Assembly: GCF_000281045.1 (NCBI RefSeq)
Contig: NW_008246088.1
Span: forward strand, 371,685-435,684
DNA: 64,000 bases
Direction of reading: 5' to 3'
Source: Saprolegnia diclina VS20
Lineage: Eukaryota
In this document: piece after piece, positions 12,686 to 25,754 of the stretch
Position numbering within the stretch: the first letter of the stretch is position 1
How the letters are laid out: every line of letters starts with the position of its first letter
Made by a program: the position numbers and the translations under genes
Notes under the pieces: model-generated
Told to the model about the DNA's origin: nothing
The model's input: the letters and a program-made list of their open reading frames with translations, nothing else
Database searches by the model: none

Positions 12686-15600
12686 ATGGCATCTTCCGCT
12701 GCTGCGTACGCTGCGGCCGACGAGGACGACCGGCCGTCGAGCTCCTTCGATGGGATGACCATGGAGCGCCTCCTGCAGGCTGAGAAGAGCGTGCTCAAGG
12801 CCGGCCAGGCCACGCTAGAGGCGTGGAACATGATGACGAGCCATAGCAAGCCCAAGGCCGACGACGTGTACCCGCCGGCGCCATCATCGGGTCCGCTGTA
12901 CACGACGGCACCCGAGCACCTCACCGACTCGAAACCCATGGCACGCCACTCGAGCTACACGGCGATGGCGACGCCATCGAGCCTCAATTTCGAGATCCCG
13001 CGCTCCGAGGAGCCGTATGCGCGCGGGTCGTTCACCCTCGACTCGATGGAAAGCCAGGAAGCGGCCGCGCCGAGCTCTTCGTCGTCGGCGTCGTATGCGT
13101 CCGGTCCGCGCAAGGCGTTGCCGACGCTCAACATCTTTGGGCTCTCGCGCAGTGTGAGCGCCGGGACAAAGTCGGAAGAGACAATCCATACGTTCACGGT
13201 CAAGAAGGCCGACAACTTCCTCATCGACAACCTCAGTAAGAAGTCGTCCGTGCGCATCTCGATCGACACGGAGAGCCGCATGCTCGCGTTCCATGTGACC
13301 AACAATGCCAACGAAAAGGAAGAGTTTTCGTGCGCTGCGATCACTGCCAAGGAGAGCTCGAAGCTCGGGCTGCACCTCAACATCCAGCAAGGACAGGCCG
13401 CGCCGATCACGCGCAAGATTGCCTTCTTTAGCTTGGACGACCGCCAGCGCTTCATGGAGACGCTCGAGGTCGGCAAGATCAAGTACAAATCCGCCAAGAA
13501 GCTCGACGCGTGCGCCGACGACTCGGACGATTGCGAGACCGCGTGGGACGCCGGCCAAGGCGGGTCGTACTCGATGCCCGACACCGAAACCGAGCTTGAC
13601 AAGCTCCCAGGCGAAGAGATCAACCAAAAAGTCCAGCGCGTGACCAACCTCGTCATCATTGCACAAAAAGAGCGAGCGGTCCAAGGCGAGCTCATCATGA
13701 CCAACTTCCGCGCCGTCTTCTTCCCGTACGACCCGTCGCTTCTGTACGGGTCGTTCGAGGTGCCATTGGCCGCGATCAAGGAGACGAAGTACGAAGGCCT
13801 CAAGATCGTCATTGCGTGCAAAGACCTGCGCAAGATCTGTCTCTCGATGCACGACGCAGTGACACGCAAGATCAACTACAACGAGCAGCCGCAGCCGATC
13901 CAAGGCCATTTCATTCAAATGTTCATGTCGAAACTTCGGCCGCCGCTCTCGGTCAGCAGCGTCTTTGCGTTCACGTACCACAGCGCCAAGCGCGGTGGCG
14001 TCGAGCTGCCGCGGGACGTTGACGGCTGGCTCGTCTACTCGCCCGTCGAAGAGTACAAGCGCCTCGGGTTCCTCGAGTCGCAAAACAGCATGCCGTGGCG
14101 CCTCCTCAAGAACACTCGGTTCCTCTTCAGCCCGACGTACCCCCAGCTCATGGTCGTGCCCTTCAACCTCGACAAGGACCAGCTCGTGTCGAGTGTGAAA
14201 TTTCGATCCCGCGGGCGCCTTCCGATCGCGGTCTGGCGCCATCCAGACAACAAGTGCGTCCTGTCGCGGTCGTCCCAGCCCATGTACGGCCTTCAGAGCA
14301 AGCGCTGCGAGGCGGACCGACAGCTCCTCAAGGCGTACCGCGACGCCGCCAAGAAGACGTCGGCGGGCTTGGCGCCGCCGCTTCACATTGTCGACGCCCG
14401 CAAGGTCATTGCGACCCAAGGCAACCGGCTCGTCGGCAAGGGCGTCGAGCAGTCGTCGCACTACGACAACGCTGTCGTCGAGTTCCTCGGCATTGCCAAC
14501 ATCCACAAGATGCGCGACTCGATCGATGCGCTTCAGAGTCCGTCGTCGTCGTCTCTAGCGTCTCGTCATATGCTTGTGTGTAGGCCTTGTGCACCCGACC
14601 ATCACGGACGACGGTCACAAGGAATTCCACAGCGCGCTCCATGGTACACCCACTTTTGATGGGTTTTGAAAGAGGGTTTCATTCATTACTTGACTAGATA
14701 CGCGCTGGCTCAAGCACATTATGAAGATTCTCTCGGGCGGGTCGCGGATCGCACAGATCTTGCACGAAGAAGGCGCGAGTGTTCTCGTGCACTGCAGTGA
14801 TGGGTGGGACCGTACGCCGCAGCTCTGCGGGATCGCCGAGCTCATCTTGGACCCGCACTACCGAACGATCCGGGGCTTTGCCGCGCTCGTTGAAAAAGAG
14901 TGGTGCAGCTTTGGCCACAAGTTTCATGACCGCGTCGGCGTCGGGAAGGACGCGTCCGACCTCGCGAACGAGCGGTCGCCGGTCTTTTTGCAGTTCCTCG
15001 ACGCGGTCTGGCAAATGACGCGCCAGTTTCCAACTGCGTTCGAGTTCAACGAGCGGTTCTTGCTGCACGTCGTCGACGCGATCTTCTCGGGCCTCTTTGG
15101 CACATTTCTGTACAATACTGAGAAGGAGCGCGCCGACAACATGATGTGGCAGCGCACCGAGTCGGTGTGGACGTGCGTGCTTGAAGCGCCGGCGAGGTTT
15201 GCGAATCTCAACTACCAACCCACGTCGCGTGTCTTGTACCCGCGGGCCAACTTGAAGCGCGTCGTGCTCTGGGAAGCTCTCTTCTTTCGCTGGGACCCCG
15301 AGATGCACCCGGCGTACGTCGAGTCGCTCGACCCGCTCTCCAAGGTACGACTTGATAGATTGATTCTTTTGACATGTCTCATATGGAACTATGTAGGCCA
15401 AAGACCCCAAGCACCACCACCCGCGGCATAATGCGACACACAACAGCGACCATCTGCGCATTGCTGAGAGCTTTACGTCGACCACGTCGACGCAGATGAC
15501 CGAGCTGAACGACAACTCGGACGGGTCGTCGTTCAGTGACAACGACGACGACGACTACCGGCCGTCGACGCGCCGCGCGTCCTTGGCCCGCGGCAACAAG

Positions 15601-15912
15601 ACGCCGTCGGTCTCGGTCTCGGACAAGATTGCAGCCGCTGCGACGTCGGCCGCGCTGAGCCCGGACCGCGAGACGGTCTCGAATTTGCAGCAAACGCTCG
15701 CACAGTACCCGCAGCAGGCGACCGAGCGCGCGCGACAACGGTCGAAAGACTCGTCGCTGCGAGAAGCGCTCGAAATGGTGCCCGACAAGACGCGGATCCG
15801 GTATCTGGAACAGCTCTTGAGCCAAAGCGTCGCGCGCGAGATGCAACTGGAGGCGCAGCTGGACACACTCCAGACGCAACTCATTGACCAGACGACCGAC
15901 ACTACGCCGTGA
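12686..15912 (+). CDS. Myotubularin-family phosphoinositide 3-phosphatase with PH-GRAM and C-terminal coiled coil
   Basis: FRSRGRLP, RSSQP, NIHKMRDS, catalytic VHCSDGWDRT, DPHYRTIRGF, ERSPVFLQFLD. Introns near 14539-14583, 14644-14697 and 15344-15495. Confidence 0.93.
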
Positions 15913-16250
15913 TGGCCTCTTAGATTTCAATATTGTAATACGACCCTTGTCCCGCGATACCCAACCCTTGCTCGCTAGCCACGTTAGCAAAGGCAGCTCC
16001 AAGCAATGCCATCAGAGTCATTCTAAACACCGCGCTCCGTAAGTCTGCGTATTGCAGCAGCGACGTTAATGCAGAGTGCCATAGCAGTTGGTGCTAGCTA
16101 GTACGAGTAGTACCGTCGTATTGTGCACAAGTTGTCGCTGGCGTTGCTGCACTTTGGTTGCGTGTTTTTAGAAACCTGTGAGATATAATATCCGGCGACA
16201 ACGTATCGACCTGTGGTATTCTATAGATATTGACGAGTCGACCTCGCGCG

Positions 16251-19200
16251 ATGTCCGGAGAGCAGCAGCCGCTTCTAGAGCCGCGGTCGTCGGACGGCCT
16301 GCGCCTCTCGGCTCTGTGGCGGACCGACTCGATGCACGAAGGTAAACCGCCGATACCGCCATTAGCCGGCGCGAGTCCGCTCAAGCGAGCGCCAATCGGT
16401 CTCACAACGGCCGCGGCCCGCCAGCAGCTCTTGGCGGCCATCGAATCGCAGCTCTTGTCGTCGTCGGAAGCGCAGCGCAACCCGCGTGGCCTCTTCTTTG
16501 GCATCGTCGACACGTCCATGCTGCTTTTGCTCCTGTGCAGCGCGACGCGGTACGCTGCGTACGGCTGGAATGCGCAACGGCGGGCCGCGAACGGCGAGAC
16601 GTCGCGCTACACGGAGCTGTTTGAAGGTCTCTTCCTTAGCATCGCGGCGCTTCTCAATGGCCTCTTGAACACAGCGCTCTCCCGACGCGACCGGCGCGAA
16701 GTGGCCGAGCGCGTTCGGTACGCCGTCAAGGTGCTCTACAAAGCGTCGTCGCCGACGAGCCCCAAAGAGTCGCGCAAGGACGCGAAATTGTCGCCGTCGT
16801 CGTGCTACGTGGCATGCTACCGCGACTCGCAGTGGCAGTCGATGCCCATGAACCTTCTCGTCGACGGCGATGTGATTGCGCTCATGAGCGGCGACGTCGT
16901 CCCAGGTCAAGTCCGCCTACTGTACCCGACGTCGTCGACGCCGATCTTGTACACGCGCGGGCAAAAGGTCGACGCGTTCTCATCGACCAACTGCGGGACC
17001 GAGTCGCCGCGCATCGACGCGACCTTCCAGCCCGACGTCATCTTGCATCTCTGCGGCGACATGCACGTCTTTGTCATGGAAGAGACGCCAGTGCTCCAGG
17101 ACATTTACAACTCGATCTTCAACGTGTCGCGGCCGTCGACTGCGCTTCAGACGCTCCAGGACGCTGGCCACGTCTGTGCCCGCTATACGTGCGCTCTTTT
17201 TGCGTGCATTCTTCTCGGGTGCATCGTCGGGCGCGCCTGGGTGCTGCCGGAGCCGCTGCACCACGCAGTCAACCACCTCTGCCTCGGGCCCGTCGGTCTC
17301 CTCCTCTGCTTTGTGTCGCTGCACGCCCCGTTTGTATGGTTTCTCGGCGAGGCAGCAGCCACCGCGCACCTTCTCACAGCGTTCGAAGCCATTTTGGCCG
17401 CCGAGCAAACCACGTCATTTCAAGCGCCGTTGGACGAAGACGACATGGACGTCTACGACGTGGAGGAGCGCGAGCAGTTCCGCTCAAGCAAGCTCCAGAA
17501 GGCCTTTACGGTCGAGCGGTCGTGGTATTACTTTTGGTCGACGCTCCAGTTTCGCTGCATGGACTGTACCGACGCGCACCGGACGCGGTACCACAACGGC
17601 AAGAAGAGCAAGCTCACGATTCCGTACTCGGGGTAGCACGGCGTGCAAAATGAATACGAGGCTCATGGTCGGTAGGCTGCGGTTGCTCGAGCGCCTCGGC
17701 AGCACAACCATGCTGTGCTGCTTTGATGATGACATTTTGTGCGAAGACGCGCCCTGTGTCGAAGAGATCTTCCTTCTCAACGACGAAGCGACCAACTCGA
17801 CCGTGCTCGACTTGCACCCGGAAGCATCGTGCGCGACAGGCCTCAAATTTGAGGACCCAAAGTGGCGCTTGCACCTGCCGTCGCTCAAGCCATTGGGCCT
17901 CGCGATCTTGCTCAACGACTGCGAAGACCCCAAGACCGAGTACTTGAGTACGCTGCGGCACCTCTCGACGCCACCGACCGGCGTCGACGTGCAACTGAGC
18001 CACCAAGCGGACATTCAACAGTGCTTGCTGCAGCTCTCGGGGCATGTGCGCTTGCTGCCGTACCCGCGGCACCTCCTCAACCTCGCGCGGTACGTTCTTC
18101 GATTTGTCTCGAAATGAATCGAAATTGAGATAGCGAGATTGGGTTTCAGCCGGCCGACTTGGACAAATTCCAGCGACGGCGGTCGATACACGTCATAGCC
18201 CCGCGACTCGCGATCGAAGAGCACACGACCGACCACCATGCGCAAGGCCAGGAAGACACGCGGTACCGCGGGTATCTCAAGACGCACTTGTACACAAACA
18301 TCGTGCTCGACAAGCGGTCGCATGGCCACCAGCTCCTCTCGCGCGGCCACCCGTCGCTGGTTGTATCGCAGTGCGGCGAGTACTGGGACGGCAAGTCGAT
18401 TTGTCCGCTCAGCAGCGAGAAGCGCCGGCTCATCCTCGACATGTACAACCAGTGGCGTGTCGAGGACCTCGACTGCGTCGCCCTAACGTATGCGCCGGTG
18501 GCGCAAAAGTTCAATTCTCTCTTTGCGTCAAGCGCCGGGACGCTGCCGTCGGTGTTTCTCGTCGAAGACCATGCGGCCGGTGAGCTCACGATGGACCCGA
18601 AGCAACCGTGGACGTCGACCTCGTCCCCCGCGCGCACCCAATCGACCGAGCCGCGCTTTGCCGGCGCCCACATGAGTCCCAGTAGACTACTCCGTCCCAT
18701 CGTATGTGGACTGAGGCAATGACGCGTAGCGACGCCGCACCAACGGTACCCGGTGCACTGGAACAATGACGGCGCGTCGTCGACAGGCCACGCGGGCGGC
18801 GACGACCTCTGGAAGCTCCAAGAAGACCAGATTTTTCTCGGCATGGTAGCGTCCGGCGTGCAGCCGCGCAAGGGCATCGTCGACCTCATCGAAGACCTCA
18901 CGGCGTCGGGCGTCCGCTTCGTGTACTTTTCACCGCGCAACATGCGTCGGTCCAAGCTGCTCGCGGAGAAGATGGGCATCGAAACCGACTGGAACTGCGC
19001 CATCAGCCTCCGCGACTCGGAGGGCCCAGACCCCCACCGTATGACGTCCAACTATTCGGACTGGGACGTCAAAGCCCGCCTGCCGCACGGTTCTTAAGTC
19101 CTGTGACGCGAGCACTTGTCTCATAGTCGGTTGTAGGTACGGCGGCGATTCGTCGGCACCTCGAGACCGTCGACAACGTGCCGCTGTTGGTGTCGCTGTA

Positions 19201-20430
19201 TACGGACAGCACGCCCGAAACCATCGAAGAGATGATTGGCATCTTCCAGGAGAACCACGAGGTGGTCCTCGGCGTCGGCACGTCGCTCCGTGAGAGCAAC
19301 GTGCCGCTCTTCTCGAAAGCGGACCTTGCCGTCGCGTTTGAGGGTAACCCGAAAACGCTCTTTGGCGACGAACTCCCCAAGGGACCGTTCTTGCCTGTGT
19401 TCTCGGACGCCGACATGGAGCTGAGTCAGATCTTGAACACGCTCACGTGCTGCTTTACCGTGCGGGACTTTGGCCTCTCGCGCGCGTCGCCGGTCGTGCT
19501 CATCGAGCTCCTTCGTCTCGGGCGACTGCTCTTGACCAACTTTACGCAGCTCGTGACGTACATCTTTGTCATGCAGCTCTTTGTCGCAACCGTCTTGGTG
19601 CTCGCGTACCTCGCGCCGTTCCCAGAAGTCGCGCAGCTCAGCGTCCTGTCCATACTATGGCTGCTCTGGCTGCTCGTGCCGACGCTCTCGCTGTGCATGC
19701 TCTCGTCGCCGCCGCACCGCGCGCTCATGTCGCGCACGCCGCCCAAGAACGAGCCGCTCGACTGGAGCGAAGTGCCCGTCTCGCGCATTTGCGTTTACTT
19801 TGCACTGCGCTACTTGCCGTCCTCGCTCTTTGTGCTCTGTCTCTTTCAGTGCTTCTTTGGCCTCTCGCTGCGCATGACGGCCCTGCTCCGCGGCGACCCG
19901 AGAGCTCTCGAGAGTGCGTGGTGGGACCATGCGTGGCGCGACGACGCCTTGTTCATCCACCCGCGGCCGCCGGCCATCAACGCGGCTTTGGACCGCGCGG
20001 AAGGCATGATGCTCTTTGGGGTTGGTGTGTTTGCGATCGTGACGAGCAGCGGGCACCTCTACCGCTCTGACAGCCTCGTTGCCGAGTCGCCGCTGCGCAA
20101 CCGGCCATGGCTGCTCGCATGCGTCGTGCTCTTGCTCTTGCAGGTATTAGCGTTGGAATGATACCTTTGTGGCGCCGAATTGTGATCGGTCTGTGGTAGA
20201 TGGCGATATCGGTGCTGCGCATGGGTCGCGTCGGCGTCGACGGTGTGAGCCTCGACGTCTTTCTGAGCCATGTCCCGTGGTACTGCTGGGTCGCGCTTGG
20301 CGTGTGGCCGCTGCTTGTCGTGTTGATGGACGAACTGGTGAAAGCTCACGACCACAAGCTCATCGTGCGCTACTACAAGTTTATGCGCATGCAGTTCGAC
20401 ACGCGTCTCGGGATGTGGAGTCCGCGCTAA
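16251..20430 (+). CDS. TMEM94: TMEM94/KIAA0195-like P-type-ATPase-related membrane protein
   Basis: PMNLLVDGDVIAL, LKFEDPKW..HLPSLKPLGL, GVRFVYFS, AEKMGIETDWNCAISL, RLPHG..IRRHL..VDNVPLLVSL, C-terminal FDTRLGMWSP. Several short introns. Confidence 0.88.
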
Positions 20431-20483
20431 GGACGAATCGTATACGAGTCGACAACACCCGAAGTGTCGATTTGCTTTGTCGT

Positions 20484-21779
20484 TTACGGTGTGTTAGGTG
20501 TAGGGTTATCCACGGGGTGGCTTGGTGTCGGTGTCCGACGCAATGCCGTGTCGAACGCGCGGTCCCAGGCGGCTTCGAACGATGTGACGTCGCGATGAAC
20601 GTGCTGGAGCAGCGCGGCTTGCTGGGCGTCGGCGGCCGCAACGGAGCTCACGTCGATACCAAACTGCTGCGCTTCAATGGGCAGGGGCACAAAAGCCACG
20701 TCGTCAAACGACTGCGAGCAGTACTTGAGCTCGCGAATACGGACGCGATTCGCATCGATGGCATCGACCGCGATGCTAGTACCTCATAGATGCTGCCCTC
20801 AGTGAGGATAAAGACGTGCGTACATGACGTAGCGGAAGCGCTGAAGCGGCGTGACCGGGTTGCGCGGGTCGTCGTGGACGTTTTGGCTCACGACCACGAC
20901 GCTGTCGGGCGACGTGTAGACGCGCCAGAGGCGGTTGTCGCGCCACGGAGCTCCGTGCCGATGGTACATGGACTGGGAGTAGACTATGTTCTTGGCTGCG
21001 AGCATCTCGACCAGCTACACGGGTGGATAGGGTTAGGGTGGGAGACAGGGCGTACCTCGGGGTCGAGGACACGCCGACCGGCGAGCGCGACGCTGCTGTC
21101 GCCGTCGCCGTCGCGGCCCATGAGGGTGTAGGCGCTGGCCGTGTGCGAGAGCGATGTGCGCAAGAGGTGTTGCCGTGCGGTGGCGTACTCGTGCGTGCCT
21201 GCGTCATTGACATCGAACAAGAAGTTGACGTTGGTGTCATGCGTCATTGGCGCGCCGCGCGGTAGCCCGTGCGCCTCTAACAGTGCTTCGGCGTTGAAGT
21301 AGAGGCGGTCAAGGAGCCACTCGCAGCTGAGCCGCCGGACGTTCAGGTCGATGGCAAGGCCGACGCGGGTGCTGGTAAAGGTACGGCTGTCGCGGACCGC
21401 GTAGCAGGCTGGCTACACGTTTGAGTCGAGTGGAAGTTGGTGAAGCGCAGTAGGCACGTACGTGGATGAAGTGCGGTTGATGCACCCACGTATGCAGTGT
21501 GCGGTACACGGTCTCGAGTCGCTCGGCGTGGACGCGCAGGTTGTGGTGGCAGCGCGATGCGTCGTTGGCGGAAGAGACAAGGGCCGATGCGACGTCGGCC
21601 CATGGCAGCAGCAGCGCGCTCTTATTCGCTTGCGGTCGTCGCCGATCGAGCTCGGCTTCCAACGTCGTCACGAGCGCGCGCAGCTCGGAGAGCTTGCCTT
21701 CGAGGCGCTCGCGGAACTCCCGCTGCTTGCGCCGGTTGTAGAGCCGCTTGGTGAGCCGCGCCGCGTCGTCGTCGGCCAT
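20484..21779 (-). CDS. bZIP-like + START-like (oomycete M96-type) protein
   Basis: Basic region KRLYNRRKQREFR plus leucine heptads, LLPWADVA, VSQNVHDDP. Multi-exon; paralogue of 22578-23832. Confidence 0.7.
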
Positions 21780-22577
21780 GCAGCGAGTATTACCGCGGCC
21801 AACGTAATATAGCTACTTGTCCTCAACCACATTGCGATGGGAGGTACGGTGTCCGTCGGCATAGACAGGCACGTCTCATAGCGCTGTTTGTAGGTGTAGC
21901 GTGCGATGAAACGATCTACTCAACAGCAGCTCGGACGACGCAACACGTGGCGCTACATCGCGCTGGCGTGGTCGCACCAAAGGACGCCGTAGCCAGACGC
22001 ACCGGTTTGCTGCCGACTCGCACAGCCGTCGTAGTGTTTGTGGGTGCCAACAAGTAATGGTATACTCGTTCCCACTGGGATGTGCGCAGCTGGAAAGCAG
22101 GCGTCGCGACATGCGAGGACGTCGGATGATGCGCGTCGATACCCACACCGGCTCCGCAAGATACCAATCGCATGTCGGGTACTGTCTTCCCGCAGGCAAC
22201 CTCGCTCTGTGGCTCGCACGCCGCCAACCTGATATCCCCCAGTGTGCAACTGCACGTGATCGACGTGCTTGCCAAACACGCCAGCAGATGGTCGCGCTCG
22301 GTCCTCGCTGACGCGAGCCATGGAGCGACCCGCGACCGTGGCCGCTCGGGTTGTATCTAGTCAACTAGAATTATAGTCAATTCGTCGTTGCACCGTAGTG
22401 TATTAGTCGTCGTCTCGTGACTTCTCGCATTGACGAGACACTGCAGACAATATCGTCTCTTCCTTGGCTCACTTTGCCCTTTCTCGCTCGAAAAAAAGGC
22501 AGCTGTTTTCGGCACCCTTGGTGGCATGTGCCACACGCTGATACTCACGACGAGGCATGCGGTGCGACGTCCTCGCC

Positions 22578-23832
22578 ATGGAGGTCGACGCCAAGAAGCT
22601 CGAGAAGCGCGCCTACAACCGCATGAAGCAGCGCGCGTTCCGCAAGAAGATCGAGGACGAGCTCCAATCGCTGCACCGGACCATCTACGCCCTCGAGCTC
22701 GAGACGGCGACGCTGCGCCGCGCCGCGACGGGCCCGTTGCCGTGGGCCGACGTCGCCGCCGCGCTGAGCAAGTCGACCGAGGCGACGCTGCACACAAACC
22801 GCGCGCTGCGCAGCGACGTGGTGCGCGCGCGGGCGCTGGCACAGACCATGCACGGCTGGGTGCGTCGAGCGATCCCGGTACCTCTCCACACTACCAACTC
22901 ATCATCGTCTCATGGCCTTCGTCGACAGCATGTCCCGCGGGAACGGTACCTGAGCATGGCGCCAGCAACATTACCGGCGTCCTGGGAGGCGCGCCAGCTC
23001 GGCTTCAAGTGGATCACCGACCGCCTTTACCACCACGCCGAGCCCTTGCTCCACGAGCACGGTCTCTTCAAGAGCCAGCACGCAACGTTTGGCGAGATCG
23101 CCGTGCATACGACAGAGAATGGTACGCACGAGTACTACACCAAGTACCAGCGGCTCCTTCATGCGCCATTGGACGCCGTCTGCGCTGCGTTCACAGTCCT
23201 CTGCACGACTGGCGACGGGGACTTTGTACTCGCAGGACGGGACGCGCTCGACACGCATGTACGCTGCCTTGCTGCCCGAAATCGCGATGCCAATTTGCCT
23301 CTAGATCACGTCGCTCATGGACGAAGAGATCGTCTACTCCCAAGGCATATGCACTCGCGATGGCGCACCCTGGGTCGACAACAAGGTGTGGCGCACGTTC
23401 CGCACACCAACCGAGCTCGTCATCGTCGGTCAAAGCGTCCACAACGACCCGCGCCATGCGACTACGGCCATGGAGCGGTTCCGCTGCAACGTGTACGACG
23501 CTACTCCCTTCTGCGCTTCTCGTCTCATGGTGCCACCGCGGGGTAGGGTTGTCGTGAGCGCGGTGAATGCGACCACGACGCTCGTCCGGCAGCTCAACAT
23601 CAACACGCACGCCTACACGCGCGACGGGTTTGTGGCGCCGGACGTGGAGGCGCGGCAGTTCAACGTGCTCGTGCCACGGACCGCGAGCGACGAGGACCAG
23701 CTCACGCAGATCGCACAGCACATTCGCATCGTGCGCAACGCCATGTTTCGCGGTGGTATGAACGCGAGCCTCGACGCTGCCATTGCCGCCTCTTCTGTGC
23801 GTCCCCTCTCTAGTCACGAGCCGCCCTTATAA
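22578..23832 (+). CDS. bZIP-like + START-like (oomycete M96-type) protein
   Basis: KRAYNRMKQRAFR plus zipper, LPWADVA, GFKWITDRLYH, VGQSVHNDP. Multi-exon. Confidence 0.72.
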
Positions 23833-23959
23833 TATCTATGGAGTAATATGTACTTGTCGTTGTTTGGTGTTATTGCTCTCGCCGCAAAGGCTGAACACTG
23901 ACTAGCTGGGAAAAGCCATTTTGCGATTGTGCAGAGTTAAAGCAGAGACACATCTTGCG

Positions 23960-25475
23960 ATGGCCAAGAAGACTGAGGAGACCAAGCTCATTGCGAACCT
24001 CCTCGACCGCATCGTCGGCAAGGCGCGGTACGCGTATCCCTTACTACTCGGACTTATGCTGGTTCTATCCTAGCGAGTGCGACGTCTGCGGCTATAGCTT
24101 TGGCTTTGCCCAGAAGCGCCACAAGTGCGACGCGTGCGACCTCGCTGCGTGCGCCAAGTGCCACGCGCTCACTAAAGCCAAGCTCAAGTGCGGCTATAGC
24201 GCGCGCGACGACGAGTGTACGTCGTGCTTGCACCCGCTGCCGCCGTCCCGATACGCCATCGTGTGGGAGATCCCACCTGCGCAGCGCGGCCTGTCGCTCA
24301 GCGCGGCCAAGGAGCTTTGCCCCGACGCGCTGATCAAGCGCGCGCCACCATCGCCAGCCGCGTGCAAGCGATGTGCCAGCGGCGGCGACGCACCGGCGCT
24401 CCAAGCCTCGAACGCCCGCGTCGCCCAGCTCGAAGGCCAGCTCGCGATCGCCAAGCGGCAGCTCGAGGTCCTCCAGCGCGAGACGCCCGCACGGCCCGTG
24501 AGCGACCTTGAGAAGGAGAACCGGCGCTTGAAGCGGCAACTCGAGCAAGCCGGCATGCAGGTCGCCGACAACATGTCGTACGCGGACGCCAAGGCGTCCA
24601 TGACGGCGATCTCGCGGCGCATGGCCGAGATCGGGTCGAGCGACGTGCAACACGCGGACAAGGCCGTCCAAGCCGCGCTGCAAGGCGAGTACTTTACGCT
24701 CGAGCAGGAGATGGAGAAGTGCTACGTGGCCATGATGGCGTCCGAAGAGTACGAAGCCGAGATCCGCGAGGCCGAGATCGCGTGGCATGCCAAGTACCTC
24801 GCGACGCACGAGGCCGCGCTGCGCTCGGTACGCCAAGGCATTCCCGTGCACGTGGCGAATCTCTCCAAGGACGCGCTCGTAGCGCTTTTGCAGGCGCAGA
24901 GCTCTCGACTTGATGCGCCTCACGTGGCGCGCCGCCTCAAGACGCTCAAGGTCCTCCACCTTTTGCGCGTCGAGCCACAAAAGATCCTCGTCGTCCACCC
25001 GTGCGAACTCGTCAAGCTGCCGTTCAACAAGCTCTGCCTCCTCGAGCGCCAAGCGCTCTACGCCGCCCTCTACGACATTGCGTCCGAGTGGCAAAAGCAG
25101 GACAAGAACAAGAACAAGAACTTTGGCGACAAGTTCAAGTGGTTCAAGAGTCTCCGCGACGGCCTCATGCGCGACGTGACCACCATTGAAGCCCACATTG
25201 GACCTGACCATGCCTGCGAGCTCAAGACACGCTGCCCTGGCCATCTCGAGCAAAAGGCCGCCGACGTATACGCGACGTCGTGGGGGTTTCCGAGCGACGC
25301 CGTCTTCCCGTCGGCCGCCGATGTTGTGCCGGTCGAGTCGCCGGCGGTCGTCGTGGCCAAGCCAGCGCTTCCGACGTCGCGCAAGGCCCCGGCGATGCCC
25401 CAGCGACCGACGCCAAAGGGCGGCGGTGTGCCCATGAGCCTCCTCGCTGCGCTCCAAGCTCGCAAGAAGGACTGA
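23960..25475 (+). CDS. FYVE-like zinc-finger, coiled-coil protein with Pro-rich, WH2-like C-terminus
   Basis: CDVCGYSFGFAQKRHKCDACDLAACAKC, coiled coil, terminal MSLLAALQARKKD. Intron ~24028-24073. Confidence 0.65.
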
Positions 25476-25754
25476 CAGTGAATGCGATCCCTAAAATAAG
25501 GTCAATTAAGAAATACGTTTTGAACATGTTTAAAACATATTTATGTGGACTTGTGGTTTGTATGCTCCAACGGTGGGAGAAACCTTTTTGCCCATCAATT
25601 CAAAGGGGCTTCTGAGAGGGACAAACCGATTGTGGGTCGGGACATTGGGACATTCGAAGGCGGCTGGGGTAAAATCTTGTGGCAAGCCACCTTTATCCGG
25701 AATTTAACCGGAAACGAATGGCCGGATTGCGACCCGCTGGCAGTCCCCACCCAG

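Noticed and set aside
12884..14506. Long antisense ORFs (also 3201-4130, 9039-10283, 24054-25457 and others)
   Set aside because: Shadows of GC3-rich codon usage on the opposite strand; no motifs of their own.
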